This document shows positions 1 through 13,200 of a stretch of 64,000 nt of DNA, one piece after another (position 1 is the stretch's first letter; each line of letters begins with the position of its first letter). The notes under the pieces are model-generated. The model was not told the DNA's origin. It saw only the letters and a list, made by a program, of their open reading frames with translations, and did not search any database. The position numbers were made by a program, and so were the translations under genes. Source of the DNA: Heterodontus francisci (taxonomy: Eukaryota); assembly GCF_036365525.1 (NCBI RefSeq), contig NC_090377.1, positions 81,812,024-81,876,023 on the forward strand. Direction: 5' to 3'.

Positions 1-1236
1 TAGTGTTTCTCAGCTCTACCCATACAGATTCCACATCGTCAGAGCTAATATCCTTCCTCACTATTGCGTTAATTTCCTCTTTAACCAGCAGTGCAACTCC
101 ACCGCCTTTTACTTTTTGTCTGTCCTTCCTAAATACTGAATATCCCTGGATGTTCCTTTCCCATCCCTGGTCACCCTGCAGCCATATCTTGGTAATCCCA
201 ACTATTTCATACCCATTTACATCTATTTGCGTGATTAATTCATCCATTTTATTCCGCATGCTCCTCGCATTAAGGCACAAAGCCTTAAGGCTTGTCTTCT
301 TCACATTACTTGTCCCCTTCCCACTATTTTTCACTGTGGCCCTGTTTGATTCTGGCCCTTGATTTCTCTGCCTGTCTCTTTTTTTATTCCCCTTACCGTC
401 TTTTGTTCTTGTCTTGGATCCCTCCTCCTCTGACTCCTTGCAAAGGTTCCCATCCCCCTGCCATTTTAGTTTAAACCCTCCCCAACCACTCTAGCAAATA
501 CTCTCCCTCGGACATCAGTCCTGGTCCTGCCCAGGTGTAACCCGTCCAGTTTGTACTGGTCCCCCCTCCCCCAGAACCGGTCCCAATGTCCCAGGAATCT
601 AAAACCCTCCCCCTCACACCATCTCTTCAGCCACATATTCATCCGATATATCCTGCTATTTCTACTCTGACTAGCACATGGCGCTGGTAGTAATCCTGAG
701 ATCACTACCTTTGAGGTCCCACTTTTCAACTTACTTCCGAACTCCCTAACTGCTTTTAGGACCTCATCCTTTATTTTACCTATGTTGTTTGTACCAATGT
801 GTACCACGACCACTGGCTGTTCACCCTCCCCCTTCAGAATATCCTGTAACCGCTGTGAGACATCCTTGACCCCAGCACCAGGGAGGCAACATACCATCCT
901 GGAGTCTCATTTCCGGCCACAGAAACGCCTGTCTTTTCCCCTTGCAATTGAATCCCCTATTAATATTGGATTACCACACTTTTTACTCCTCGCCTGTGTA
1001 GCAGAGCCAATGATGGTGCAACGAATTAGGCTGTTGCTGCTTTCCCCTGTGAGGCCATTCCCTCCAACAGTATCCAAGGCAGTATATCGGTTTTGCAGGG
1101 GAATAGCCACAGGAGATCCCTGCATTGCCTGCTTAGTCCGCTTCCTCTGCCTGGTGGTCAGCGATTCCCTTCCTGCCTGTGGAGTCTGAGCCTGCGGTAT
1201 GACCACCTCTCTCTACGTGCTATCCACGATACCCTC
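1..1236 (-). mobile_element. CR1 LINE, 5'-truncated within ORF1 (SGNH/GDSL esterase ORF1 plus start of the ORF2 endonuclease); runs off the window
   Basis: ORF 466..897 (CLPGAGVKDV...VVVHIGTNNIG...DGLHL) is the CR1 ORF1 esterase; 907..1206 has PLQNRYTALD and ILIGDSI; 1..310 on the minus strand encodes the APE endonuclease N-terminus. Confidence 0.9.
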
Positions 1237-1319
1237 GCTATTTTCCAATCAAACAGAACCTTGCCCGAATCTAGGGAATTTTGGAAAATTAAAACTAACG
1301 CAACAACTATCTCACTAAC

Positions 1320-1659
1320 GGGCGGCGCAGTGGTTAGCACCGCAGCCTCACAGCTCCAGCGACCCAGGTTCAATTCTGGATACTGCCTGTGCGGAGTTTG
1401 CAAGTTCTCCCTGTGACTGTGTGGGTTTTTGCCGGGTGCTCCGGTTTCCTCCCAGAGCCAAAGACTTGCAGGTTGATAGGTAAATTGGCCATTATAAATT
1501 GCCCCTAGTATAGGTAGGTGGTAGGGGAAGGTGGGGATGTGGTAGGAAAATGGGATTCGTGTAGGATTAGTATAAATGGGTGGTTGATGGTCGGCACAGA
1601 CTCGGTGGGCCGAAGGGCCTGTTTCAGTGCTGTATCTCTAAAATAAATAAATAAATAAA
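1320..1659 (+). mobile_element. HE1-type V-SINE (tRNA-derived head, V domain, CR1-derived tail, TAAA repeats)
   Basis: A/B-box-like ggcgcagtggttagc...ggttcaattc; V-domain gggtgctccggtttcctccc; tail gggccgaagggcctgtttcagtgctgta like the CR1 3' ends in this window. Confidence 0.9.
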
Positions 1660-3360
1660 CTTCTTTTCACACCCTAGGATGAAATCCATCAGGACCCGGG
1701 GACTTGTCAGCCCGCAGCTGCAACAATTTGTTCAGTACCACGTCCCTGGTGATTGTAATTTTCTTGAGTTCCTCCTTTCCTTCCATTTCCTGAATTACAG
1801 TTCATACTGGCATGTTACCTGTATCCTCAATAGTGAAGACCGATGCAACATATCTGTTCAATTAATCTACCATCTCCTTATCCATTATTAATTCCCCAGA
1901 CTCACTTTCTAACGCTCATTTTGTTAATTTTTTTCTTTTTTAAATATCTATAGAAACTCTTACTATCTGTCTTTATATTTCTCGATGGCTATCTCTCTTG
2001 CTCTGATTTTACCTTCTTTATCAATCTTTTAGTCATTCTTTTGCTGTTTTTTATATTCTGTCCAATCTTCTGACCTGCTTCTCATCTTTGCGCAGTTATA
2101 TGCTTTTTCATTAAGTTTGAAGCTGTCTTGAACTGTTTTAGCTAACCATGGATGGCGGGTCCCACCCTTGGAATTTTTCTTTCTTGTTAAAATGTATATA
2201 CTCTGTGTATTCTGAAATATCCCTTTAAATGGCTGCCACTGCATCTCTATTGACCTGTCCCTTAAGCTGATTTGGCAGTTCACTTTAGCCAGCTCTGCGT
2301 TCATGCCCTCATAATTGCCCTTATTTAAGTTTAAAATACTAGTCTTGACCCACTCTTCTCTCCCTCAAACTAAATGTAAAATTCAATCATATTATGATTG
2401 CTGCTACTGAGGGGCGCCTTAACTATGAGGTCATTAATTAATCCTATTTTGTTGCACAATAACAGCTCTCTGGCTCCATAACATATTGTTCCAAGAAATT
2501 ATCCCGAAAACATTCTGTGTACTCCTAGATTTTTTTCAGTCTATATGTAGGTTAAAATACCCCATAACTATCGCTGTACCTTTCTGACAAGCTGCCATTA
2601 TTTCTTCCTTTATACCCTCTCCTACAGTGTGCTTAATGTTAGGTGGCCTGTACACCACTCCCACAAGTGACTTCTTGCCTTTATGATTTCTCTTCTCGAC
2701 ATCCTGGTCTCCTGAACTTAGGTCATTCCTCTCTATTGCGCTAATACCATCATTAATTAACAGAGCTACCCCTCCACCTTTTTCTAGCTTCCTGTCCTTC
2801 CTAAATGCCATGTACCCTTCAATATTCAGGTCCCAATCGATGTCGTCCTGCAGCCATGTCTCTGTAATGGCTATCACATCGTACTTATTTATTTCTATTT
2901 GCGCACTGTTCATCGGTCTTACTTTGAATACTACGTGCATTCAGATACAGAGCCTTTAGTTTTGACCTTTTATTTTTGTAACCTCTAGCCTTATCACTTT
3001 GAACGCTCGATCCCTTCCTGTCACAGTCTGTTTATCATTTCCCATATTAATACCTTTCTCTCTTGCCTTGTCTCTATTCCTTGATATACCATATCTTCCC
3101 AAATTTGATCCCTTGCTCCCACTATTCAGGTTAAAACCCTTACTACTTCCCTAGTTATGTTGCTCGCTATAACACCGGCCCCAGCACAGTTCAGGTGTAG
3201 ACCATCCCAACAGTACAGCCACCACTTTCCCCAGTGCTGGTGCCAGTGCCCCACAAACTGGAACCCACTTTTACCACACCAGTCTCTGAGCCACGCATTC
3301 ATTTCTCTAATCTTATTTGCCCTTATACCAATTTGCACGTAGCTCAGGTAATAATCCAGA

Positions 3361-5752
3361 GAGTACTTTAGATGGGTCAGTTTTTGTCCAGTGTGTGCAG
3401 GAGGGTTTTCTGACACAGTATGTAGACAGGCCAACCAGGGGCGATGCCACATTGGATTTGGTACTGGGTAATGAACCCGGCCAGGTGTTAGATTTAGATG
3501 TAGGTGAGCACTTTGGTGATAGTGATCACAATTCGGTTAGGTTTACCTTAGCGATGGACAGGGACAGGTATATGCCGCAGGACAAGAATTATAGCTGGGG
3601 GAAAGGAAATTATGATGCAATTAGGCAAGATTTAGGATGCGTAGGATGGGGAAGGAAACTGCAGGGGATGGGCACAATCGAAATGTGGAGCTTATTCAAG
3701 GAGCAGCTACTGCGTGTCCTTGATAAGTATGTACCTGTCAGGCAGGGAGGAAGTTGTCGAGCGAGGGAGCTGTGGTTTACTAAAGAAGTTGAAGCGCTTG
3801 TCAAAAGGAAGAAGAAGGCTTATGTTAGGATGAGACGTGAAGGCTCAGTTAGGGCGCTTGAGAGTTACAAGCTAGCCAGGAAGGATCTAAAGGGAGAGCT
3901 AAGAAGAGCAAGGAGAGGACACGAGAAGACATTGGCGGATAGGATCAAGGAAAACCCTAAGGCTTTCTATAGGTATATCAGGAATAAAAGAATGACTAGA
4001 GTTAGATTAGGGCCAATCAAGGATCGTAGTGGGAAGTTGTGTGTGGAATCAGAGGAGATAGGGGAAGCGTTAAATGAATATTTTTTGTCAGTATTTACAG
4101 TAGAGAAAGAAAATGTTGTCGAGGAGAATACTGAGATTCAGGCTACTAGGCTAGATGGGATTGAGGTTCACAAGGAGGAGGTGTTAGCAATTTTGGAAAG
4201 TGTGAAAATAGATAAGTCCCCTGGGCCAGATGGGATTTATCCTAGGATTCTCTGGGAAGCCAGGGAGGAGATTGCAGAGCCTTTGTCCTTGATCTTTATG
4301 TCGTCATTGTCGACAGGAATAGTGCCGGAAGACTGGAGGATAGTAAATGTTGTCCCCTTGTTCAAGAAGCGGAGTAGAGACAGCCCTGGTAATTATAGAC
4401 CTGTGAGCCTTACTTCGGTTGTGGGTAAAATGTTGGAAAAGGTTATAAGAGACAGGATTTAAAATCATCTTGAAAAGAATAAGTTCATTAGCGATAGTCA
4501 GCACGGTTTTGTGACGGGTAGGTCGTGCCTCACAAACCTTATTGAGTTTTTCGAGAAGGTGACCAAACAGGTGGATGAGGGTAAAGCAGTGGATGTGGTG
4601 TATATGGATATCAGTAAGGCGTTTGATAAGGTTCCCCACGGTAGGCTATTGCAGAAAATACGGAAGTATGGGGTTGAAGGTGATTTAGAGCTTTGGATCA
4701 GAAATTGGCTAGCTGAAAGAAGACAGAGGGTGGTGGTTGATGGCAAATGTTCATCCTGGAGTTTAGTTACTAGTGGTGTACCGCAAGGATCTGTTTTGGG
4801 GCCACTGCTGTTTGTCATTTTTATAAATGACCTGGAAGAGGGTGTAGAAGGGTGGGTTAGTAAATTTGCGGATGACACGAAGGTCGGTGGAGTTGTGGAT
4901 AGTGCCGAGGATGTTGTAGGGTACAGAGGGACATAGATAGGCTGCAGAGCTGGGCTGAGAGATGGCAAATGGAGTTTAATGCGGAAAAGTGTGAGGTGAT
5001 TCACTTTGGAAGGAGTAACAGGAATGCAGAGTACTGTGCTAATGGGAAGATTCTTGGTAGTGTAGATGAACAGAGAGATCTTGATGTCCAGGTACATAAA
5101 TCCCTGAAAGTTGCTATCCAGGTTAATGGGGCTGTTAAGAAGGCATATGGTGTGTTAGCTTTTATTAGTAGGGGGATCGAGTTTCGGAGCCACGAGGTCA
5201 TGCTGCAGCTGTACAAAACTCTGGTGAGGTCGACCGCACCTGGAGTATTGCATGCAGTTCTGGTCACCGCATTAGAGGAAGGATGTGGAAGCTTTGGAAA
5301 GGGTGCAGAGGAGATTTACTAGGATGTTGCCTGGTATGGAGGGAAGGTCTTACGAGGAAAGGCTGAGGGACTTGAGGTTGTTTTCGTTGGAGAGAAGGAG
5401 GAGGAGAGGTGACTTAATAGAGACATATAAGATAATCAGAGGGTTAGATAGGGTGGATAGTGAGAGTCTTTTTCCTCGGATGGTGATGGCAAACACGAGG
5501 GGACATAGCTTTAAGTTAAGGGGTGATAGATATAGGACAGATGTCAGAGGTAGTTTCTTTACTCAGAGAGTAGTAGGGGCGTGGAACGCCCTGCCTGCAA
5601 CAGTAGTAGACTCTCCAACTTTAAGGGCATTTAAGTGGTCATTGGATAGACATATGGATGAAAATGGAATAGTGTAGGTCAGATGGTTTCACAGGTCGGC
5701 GCAACATCGAGGGCCGAAGGGCCTGTACTGTGCTGTAATGTTCTAATTCTAA
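3361..5752 (+). mobile_element. Relatively young 5'-truncated CR1 LINE (ORF2 endonuclease C-terminus, RT, 3'UTR)
   Basis: ORFs 3317..4462, 4511..4936 ([23 protein letters not shown]), 4969..5322 and 5285..5677; ends in gggccgaagggcctgtactgtgctgtaatgttctaattctaatt. Confidence 0.95.
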
Positions 5753-6640
5753 TTATTACCTTTGAGGTTCTGCTTTATAATTTGGTGCCTAGTCCTCATA
5801 CTGACTATGCAGAACCTCTTTCCTTGTCCTGCCTATGTCTTTGGTACCTATATGGATCACGACAACTGGATCCTGCCCCTCCCACTCTAAATTCCTCTCC
5901 AGCCATAAGCAGATATCCCGAACCATGGTACTGGGCAGGCAACACAGCCGTCTGGACTCTCGCTCTTTGCTGCAGAGAACGGTGTCAATCCCTCTAACTA
6001 TACTGGCCTCTACTACCACTACATTCCTTTTTTCTCCCTCCACTTGAATGGCTTGCTGTAGCATGGTGCCATGGTCAGGTTGCTCATCCACCCTGCAGCC
6101 CCCACTCTCATCTAAACAAGTTGAAAGAACGTCCGACCTGTTGGACATTCGCAAAGGCTGAGGCTCCTGCACTCTGGGTCCCCTTACCTGCCTCAGGTGG
6201 AGCCACACTCCTGTCCCTGACCACTGAGCAAATCAGTAGACCCTATCCTAAGGGTTGTGACCACCTCCTCGTACAAAATGTCCAGGTAACTTTCCCCCAC
6301 CCTGATGTGTCAGTGTCTGCAGCTTGGACTCCAGTTCAGTGAAGCTCTTCGAGCCACAAACACTTACTGCAGACACATTTGCCCTGGATCACACTGGCAT
6401 CCAAGAGCTCCCACATGCTGCAGCTGTGACACATCACCTGTCCTGCCATGCTTAATGTATTTTAATTAACTACTTAATTATTCAATTATTTATTTTATTT
6501 TCCTTTTTTATATATTTTATTAAGCTTATCACTTGTTCCTTTACTATTTTAAACATTAGGATTAGAATGGACCTTAATGACTTACCAGATACTCACCAAA
6601 CAGATAGCTTCTAAACCCAAACCAGTCAGCTACTTGATTG

Positions 6641-6989
6641 TTTAGTTTAGTTTAGAGATACAGCACTGAAACAGGCCCTTTGGCCCACCGAGTCTGTGCC
6701 GACCATCAACCACCCATTTATACTAATCCTACACTAATCCCATATTCCTACCACATCTCCACCTGTCCCTATATTTCCCTACCACCTACCTATACTAGGG
6801 GCAATTTATAATGGCCAATTAACCTATCAACCTGCAAGTCTTTGGCATGTGGGAGGAAACCGGAGCACCTGGAGAATACCCACGCAGACACAGGGAGAAC
6901 TTGCAAACTCCACACAGGCAGTACCCAGAATTGAACCCGGGTCGCTGGAGCTGTGAGGCTGCGGTGCTAACCACTGCGGCCACTGTGCC
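6641..6989 (-). mobile_element. HE1-type V-SINE
   Basis: Reverse complement of the 1320-1659 SINE, with a (CTAAA)n tail. Confidence 0.9.
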
Positions 6990-7084
6990 TATGATGTTTG
7001 ATGCTTTGTTTGATTTAAATTAAATGTTTAAATGTACAGTCACCCTGGCGGCTCTCTGTTTCCCTGCTCTCTCTGTTGATTGTG

Positions 7085-7745
7085 ACATCACCATGTCCAA
7101 CAAGAGAGCATCTAACCATCTCCCCTTGATGTTCAACAGCATTGCCATTGCTGAATCTCCCCCAATCAACATGTTGGGGGTTGATTACCATAAACTAGGA
7201 ACTGGATGAGCCACATAAATACTGTAGCTACAAGAGCAGGTCAGAGGCTTTGAATCCGCTCTGAGTACTCTCCACTTGCTTGGATAAGTGTAGTTCCAGC
7301 AACACTCCAGAAGCTCAACACCAGACAGGACAAAGCAGCCTATTTGATTGGTGGTGGATGGGGTGCCAATGTACAGTGGCAGCAGTGTGTACCATCTAGA
7401 AGCTGTACTGCAGCAACTTGCCAAGGTTGCTTCAGCAGCACTTTTCAAACCCTTGACCTCTACCACCTACAAGAAAAAGGCAGCAAACACTTTGTAACAC
7501 CACCATGTGCAAGTTCTTCTCCAAGACACTCAGCATCCTGACTTGGAACTATATTTGTTCCTTGACTTACGCTGGGTCAAAATTCTGGAACTCCCTCCCC
7601 AACAGCACTGCTGGTGTACCTACACCACACGGACACGATTCAAGAAGGTGGCTCACCAGCGCCATCTCAAGGGCAATTAGGGATGGGCACTAAATGCTGG
7701 CCTTGCTCGCAACACCCACATTCTAAGAACAATTATATTCAAAAA
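7085..7745 (+). mobile_element. 3' fragment of a second CR1/L2-group LINE family ('family B')
   Basis: SNKRASNHLPLMFNSIAIAESPPINMLGV, WNSLPNS, and 3' tail gggcaattagggatgggcactaaatgctggcc; homologous to 28740-34300, 35500-37095 and 45405-46675. Confidence 0.8.
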
Positions 7746-8899
7746 AATCGCCTCCTCCGTGGGGGTTGGCACATGCTGCTGTGTCTGCGTTCTGCTGGTC
7801 TGCTGCTGCTGCTCTCTATTATGGGCTACCTTGTCTTTGCAAAATAGAAGGAAGTATGTCTAGTCAAGATGGCAGCAAGATCTTGGTGCGGGACAGGTCA
7901 GAAACAGCAGAGTTTTGATGAGCTGAAATTGACAAATGTTTTTTATGAATTTTTCATTCTAATTGTGTGTAAAGAAATACACAATATCTGGAAGCTTCTA
8001 AATTTGAATTGATCACTTGTGATATATGAGGCATACTTTCCTGCTTATTTGCTGAAGTGATGATATTGTGGGCCTGAGGTAATGAACGTGATTAATTTTT
8101 CGAGGAAGTTGGGATTTTTTCAAATCCAAATACTCATGAAAGAATTCAATGAATTTAAGAGGACATTTTTCATCTTGTACTATGTTGGAATTTTTTTAAA
8201 ACTTTTGGTTTTAGACAGTTAGCTTAGGTGGATTTTCTTTGATATGGTCCAGAAGGTGATAAATGTCTATAATAATATGCTGATTTTGTATGTCCTCAAT
8301 TTGCTTACTGGTCCTTGGGTTGATTTGGTGGGTGGTACCTGCCTGCACTTGCAGGCTGATAGCTGCTAAATTAGATATTTTAAAACTTAATTGTAACTTT
8401 CGGATGCTGAGTATACCTAGTTCAGGGCATTCAAAAGACATGAGTGCTGAGTGCGAGTGCCAATGGTTGGTCTGTCGCTCTTCCCATGTAAAGATGGATT
8501 TTGTGAGTATGTGACGTTACGAAGGTCAGTTTTTTTTTTAGAACGAGGGTGAAAATTAACAAGAAATGCCAGGATTCATCCTTTCCTCTTGCCTTCCTTC
8601 TTGTGCTGTTTTAATTTTGGTAGCTGGGAGATAAGCATGTGCAAGCTTTATCTAGAATTACTTCAGCAACAACTGCCAGCATGTTCAGCAGTCAGGATTG
8701 CATTAGGACTGAAAGGGGAGGTACTCCTATCTCGCTGCCCGCCCTAAGTTAAGGAGTGAAGCTGAGATCTTGTTCCTGTTTTTGAGTCAGCGCTGCCTTG
8801 TGTTTATTTCGGACATAACTGATCCTATTGAATTATAATTAGATGATTTTGGAAATGTCAGCCGAGGAACAGCTGCTTGCGGGTGGTGGGGGTAGATCA

Positions 8900-9450
8900 C
8901 GGTCAATATGGAAATATGGTAGGATGGGGATGTCATGAGAGGCATGGTGGAAAGGATGAAATGGGATGGTGATGGCATTGGAGGAGTGGGAGAGAGGGGA
9001 TGGCATCTGAGGGGTGGCAAGGGAAGGATGGTATTACATGGGATGGGGATGGCATGGGAGGAGTGGAGGGAGGCGCTGGAATGGGAGGGATTACGGGAGA
9101 GGCATGGCAATAGAGGGAGTGGATGCCATCGGAGGGTGGTATGCAAAGGATGGAATGCATGGGATGGGAATAGGCATGGGAGCAATGGTATTGAAAGGCT
9201 GGAATGACATGGAAGGAGTGGATGAGATGATGAACTCGACCACGGGGTCAGTATGGATATGTGGGATGGGGATGGTATGGGAAGGATGGAATGGCGTAAG
9301 TTTGTGATGGGAGGGAGGGGTTGGCAGAGGAGGGAGGGATTGCATGGTGTGGGAAGGGGATAGCAGGGAGTGTGAGAGAGGGGATGCCAACAGAGGTGTG
9401 TCATGGGAGGGATGGAATGGCATTGGAGGGAGGGGATGAGGTGATGGACT
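8900..9450. repeat. Purine-rich low-complexity tract (degenerate GGGATGGCAT-like units)
   Basis: Recurrent ggatgg/ggcatg/gggag words; the overlapping ORFs are P/S/H- or G/W/M-rich artefacts. Confidence 0.7.
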
Positions 9451-10964
9451 TTGTTAAGTATACTAATTTGACTGCAAATGTTTTGCATGTCTTTGCTAGT
9501 TTGTGTCCTAGAGTATATTGTAGAGATGTATACCCCAGGGAGTGACAGTTATTCTACTTGCAGTAATCTGCTTGCTTGGCAACGTAGCCATGTAGTAAAC
9601 TGCCAGACTCTCTAAAATATGGCTGTTACCACATAGACCGTTGGCTTACAGGCAAAGCAATTTGCATCTTTCTTCACAATTGAGCCCTAAACGTCTGCAC
9701 CTGAACTACTACATACAAGGAGATAATCCATCAAAGGTTGTTTACTCTTGATGAGAACTTCTGAAGGAATATAATATAATCTCTGATTTCAAAACGAAGT
9801 ACTTTTTTGACTACATTAATTCTGTTGATTTTTCTCTTGCAAGATGATCTGCATTAGCAAATCATATATTGTGGTGTTACATCACATGAAAGCAAGGAGA
9901 GGAGCAAAGCCTGAGGTCTAATCAAATACCAGAATTGTTTTGTGTTGTGGTATCTAACCCCTTGGGTGTTGAAATTATCACTTAAGTAGAGCCTTTAGAG
10001 AACTGAGAGAGATTCAGAAATGTAGATTTACTTTAATCTTTTTGACCTAACTCAGAGGAATTGTATAAACTTGCCTGCATCAAACAAACAATTTACACAA
10101 CACTAAATATCTGGGCACAGTTGTAGCGAATAAGGGAGGGGTAGTTGCACAGTTGTAGAGAATAAAGAAGGGACAACCTTTTGAAAAGAATGCATTTATC
10201 TTCACTATTACAACAAAGCCAGAAACAATTCTCGCTATCTTAAAAATGGTGAGTGTTTTGCATTATGGCGTCTTTTTTTATTTCCCTCTTCACGAGCAGG
10301 CAGAATCAAAGAGCTTTCCAATACATTGGTTTGAGGTGTTTGTCGCTTCCTCAGACAAGCTCATGAATTGCTTATTGTTGTGTTTTGGGAAAAAATTATT
10401 TCCGTTTAGCACATTAACCAGCTCTTGTCTAGGTACTTGAGTGTCGTCTCAGCATCAAAAAAATGTCAGTAGAAAAATGGTCAGAACAAATCTGATGCAT
10501 GACCATGTGAAAATCAATCTCCAAGCTAAAAATTTGGACCACCTTCCCCCTACACCTGATTGATCAGCAAATCAGACTCAAACTAAGTGTAATTATAGTC
10601 TTCAAGGGTTGACTCCCAAATGGCAAAGTTGAACAGGGCTATCCTGTCTAAAATTATTACCCAATTGTCATCTCCAGGGGGAAACCCAATCTTTAAAATA
10701 CTAATGTCTACAGAATTAACAAAACTGTTTGTTCATGTATTATGACATCAGAACATTGCCACCCAAAAATTCCAAAGTATTCAGTTTATTGTTTTCAGGG
10801 TGCTAGTACTACTCGCCTTTTGAAATCCAAAGTGAAGTTTGGAGTGATTCTCTCCGATTGTGCCACAATTTAAATTATTCTGGTACGTGATATTCAATAA
10901 AAACCCGTGGATTACTGTCCTTCCAAGTGAGTTTTACAGCAGAGAAATTACATAATAATTAATA

Positions 10965-11430
10965 AAACAATGTATTTTTATAGGGCCTTTAATAAAACGT
11001 CCCCAGGTGCTTCACAGGAGCATCATAAAACAAAATGACACCAAGCCACATTAAGGAGATATTAGGTCAGATGACCAAAAGCTTGGTCAAAGAGGTAGGT
11101 TTTGAGGAATGTCTTAAGTGAGGTGGAGCGAGGGTATTCCAGAGCTTCGGGCCTAGGTAGCTGAAGGCATGGCCACTAATGATGGAGCAATTAAAATCCG
11201 GGATGCTCAAGTGGCCAGAATTTAAAAAACAGATATCTTTGAGGGTTGTGGAGCTGGAGGAGATTACAGAGATGGGGAATGGCGAGGCAATGGAGGGATT
11301 TGAAAACAAGGATGAGAATTCTAAATTCAAGATGTTGCTTGACTGGGAGCCAATGCAGTTATACGAGCACAGGGGTCATAGGTGTTAAGAGATTTGGTGC
11401 AGGTTACAACACAGGCAGCAGAGTTTTGGA
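10965..11430 (-). mobile_element. L2 LINE 3' fragment
   Basis: Minus strand reads GHAFSYLGPKLWNTL, followed by an L2/DeuSINE-type 3' tail (gaagcacctggggacgtttt). Confidence 0.75.
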
Positions 11431-11454
11431 TATATTCATATTGCTGGTGAAGTG

Positions 11455-11975
11455 GTTATATTTCAATACTGAGATTAACAGTCCATTCAGTGGCTTCAGC
11501 TGATGCAGTGTGAATGGTTGTGATGCCACTAGGAATGGATCACTCAGGGCAAGAGTTAAATATGTCGGCATTGATATGACTTGGATGGCCACAGCCACAA
11601 TTTGAACTGGTCCTTATGTTCCACTTGTGGAGCAAGTGGCCACATCCTCCCTGGCCCATCCTCAAGCAATTGAGTGTTGTCCAGATTTTCCACGGGAGGC
11701 TGAAACCTGGGATTTCACCGCTCTAGTCAGTTACTAGATTGCGGTTGGTGATGTTCGCAGTCAACCAGAAGGCCCGCTATCGAGAGGTGGGGCTGTTGTC
11801 TATCTGTCGGGTGTGGAGTGTGTTCCAGCAGGGGCTACGAGATTTTAGGCAAGTGCATGGGGTGTTTTTGAGGTCCTGTATCAGTGGGAATGCTTTGTTA
11901 GCTGTCAGCCGGCAGCATTCTTTGAGGAGAATGTTTTCCCTGCAGATGTCAAGAGGTTCGGTGTGTGCTAGCACA
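11455..11975 (-). mobile_element. Vingi/Ingi-clade LINE, 3' fragment
   Basis: Minus translation EPLDICRE...CLKSRSPCW and PGFSLPWKIWTTLNCLRMGQGGCGHLLHKWNIRTSSNCGCGHP matches the Ingi/Vingi C-terminal zinc-knuckle region as I recall it. Confidence 0.7.
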
Positions 11976-11999
11976 GTAAGCCACTTGAGCTGTGTTCCA

Positions 12000-12440
12000 G
12001 AAAGGAGGAGAGGTAGATAGATCGATGGAGAAGTTTAGTTAGCGAATTCCAGAGCTTGGGGCTTATGACAGCTTAAGACATAGTGGGGTGAATGAAATCG
12101 GGAATGCACGTGAGGCAAGAATTGGAGGATATAGAGTTACCATACAACTAGACGAAGTTAGAGATTGGGTGGGGTGGGGGGTTGTTGTTGGTAGGTGGCA
12201 GGGAAGGCTATGGAAGGATTTGAACAGGAAGATGATCTTTTTAAGTTCAGGTTGTTGATGGATCGGGAGCCAATGTAGGTCAGCAAGCACAGGGCTTTTG
12301 GATGTATGAGTCTTGGTCTAAATTAGGATATGAACAGCAGAGTTTTGGATGAGCCCATGTTTACAGAGGGTGGAAGTTAGGCAGAATTCATTTCCAGTCA
12401 AGACCTTCTGGACTTGAAATAGTGAGAAAGGGGTGGAGAC
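12000..12440 (-). mobile_element. L2 LINE fragment
   Basis: IQNSAVHIL and LADLHWLPIHQ on the minus strand are typical of the L2 ORF2 C-terminus. Confidence 0.75.
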
Positions 12441-12689
12441 TGGACTGAGTGTAGAGTAGCTACAAAGGTTCAACATAACTTGCTTACGTTTGTACCCTTG
12501 CCAAAGCGACTGATATAGCAGGAAAGAACTCCACTGACGAGGCTTTTGTATTTTTCCATTCCCCGGTTTGTTGAGTGCTGCTGAGTTGACTGATTCTTTG
12601 TGCAATGCTTTCTATCTCTTAATCTGATTGTTGTCAGTTGCTGCAGTTTCAGGTTCATAGTTCCTCTAATTTATCTCCCAAATCAAAGT

Positions 12690-13200
12690 AGTGAGTCCTG
12701 TCTCTAATAGTGGCCGGCCAATCAGCAGGCCGGCAGCTCTCAGTCCCAGTGGTGCCACCAAGATCGGTGGCTACTGCTGGGACTGCACCCAGCAAGAGGA
12801 GCAGCAATGGAGAAGACCCCGGAATGAAGCTAAGTGTGTGGGTCCTCGCCGGGCCCAATCAGCCAGGCCCTGGCAAGGCAAGGGGGTTTAGATGTTTGTT
12901 GGGGGTGGCGGTGGTGGTGTGGGAAAATGTGCTGCCATGGGGAGCCCCATCAGGAGCCCCCCACCCCACAAGAGGCCGTCTGGTTTACCGGGCAGCCTCT
13001 TGAAATCTTAAGCTGTCTGGCCACAGCAGTGGTGGAGGCCCTTAAGTGTAGATTTAATTGGCCGCTTAAGGGCCTTCATTGGCCTGGGGTGGGCCATTTG
13101 TCACCACTGCCGCCACTTGTAACATTGCAGCAGGGGCGGGAAGGCAGCATGAACGGCATCCCCTGCCTCCCTTTTTTTTTTACACCTGCCCCTGCGGGGA
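12690..13200 (-). repeat. GC-rich non-coding interspersed repeat with internal palindromes (probably non-autonomous DNA-transposon derived)
   Basis: Homologous in inverse orientation to 50695-51300; contains ggcccttaag...cttaagggcc. Confidence 0.6.

Larger units (their letters stand above)
1237..6620 (-). mobile_element. Older CR1 LINE (5'UTR, ORF1, endonuclease, start of RT), interrupted by an HE1 SINE and a younger CR1
   Basis: ORF 2536..2940 (YDVIAITETWL...GGGVALL...GVVYRPP); esterase pieces 3126..3360 and 5789..6208 rejoin across the 3361-5752 insertion; many stops and frameshifts. Confidence 0.85.

Noticed and set aside
1320-1400. tRNA-like sequences (also near 6920-6989 and 42349-42420)
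   Set aside because: These are SINE heads, followed by a V domain and CR1 tail, not tRNA genes
3126-3452. Apparent single 108-aa ORF, and the N-terminus of the 381-aa ORF 3317..4462
   Set aside because: Both read across the junction of two oppositely oriented CR1 copies, so they are chimeric artefacts
4498-5097. 199-aa antisense ORF, and similar ones opposite the RT genes
   Set aside because: Shadow ORFs of LINE reverse transcriptase coding sequence
7845-7900. Possible small exon (aatag|...ATGTCTAGTCAAGATGGC...CAG|gtcaga)
   Set aside because: Weak splice signals, no recognisable protein and no partner exons
8787-9545. Several overlapping ORFs up to 233 aa
   Set aside because: Products of a low-complexity purine-rich tract with few stop codons; compositionally biased and no recognisable domain
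12470-12690. Coding-like minus-strand stretch
   Set aside because: Could not be assigned to any family; short and interrupted by stops
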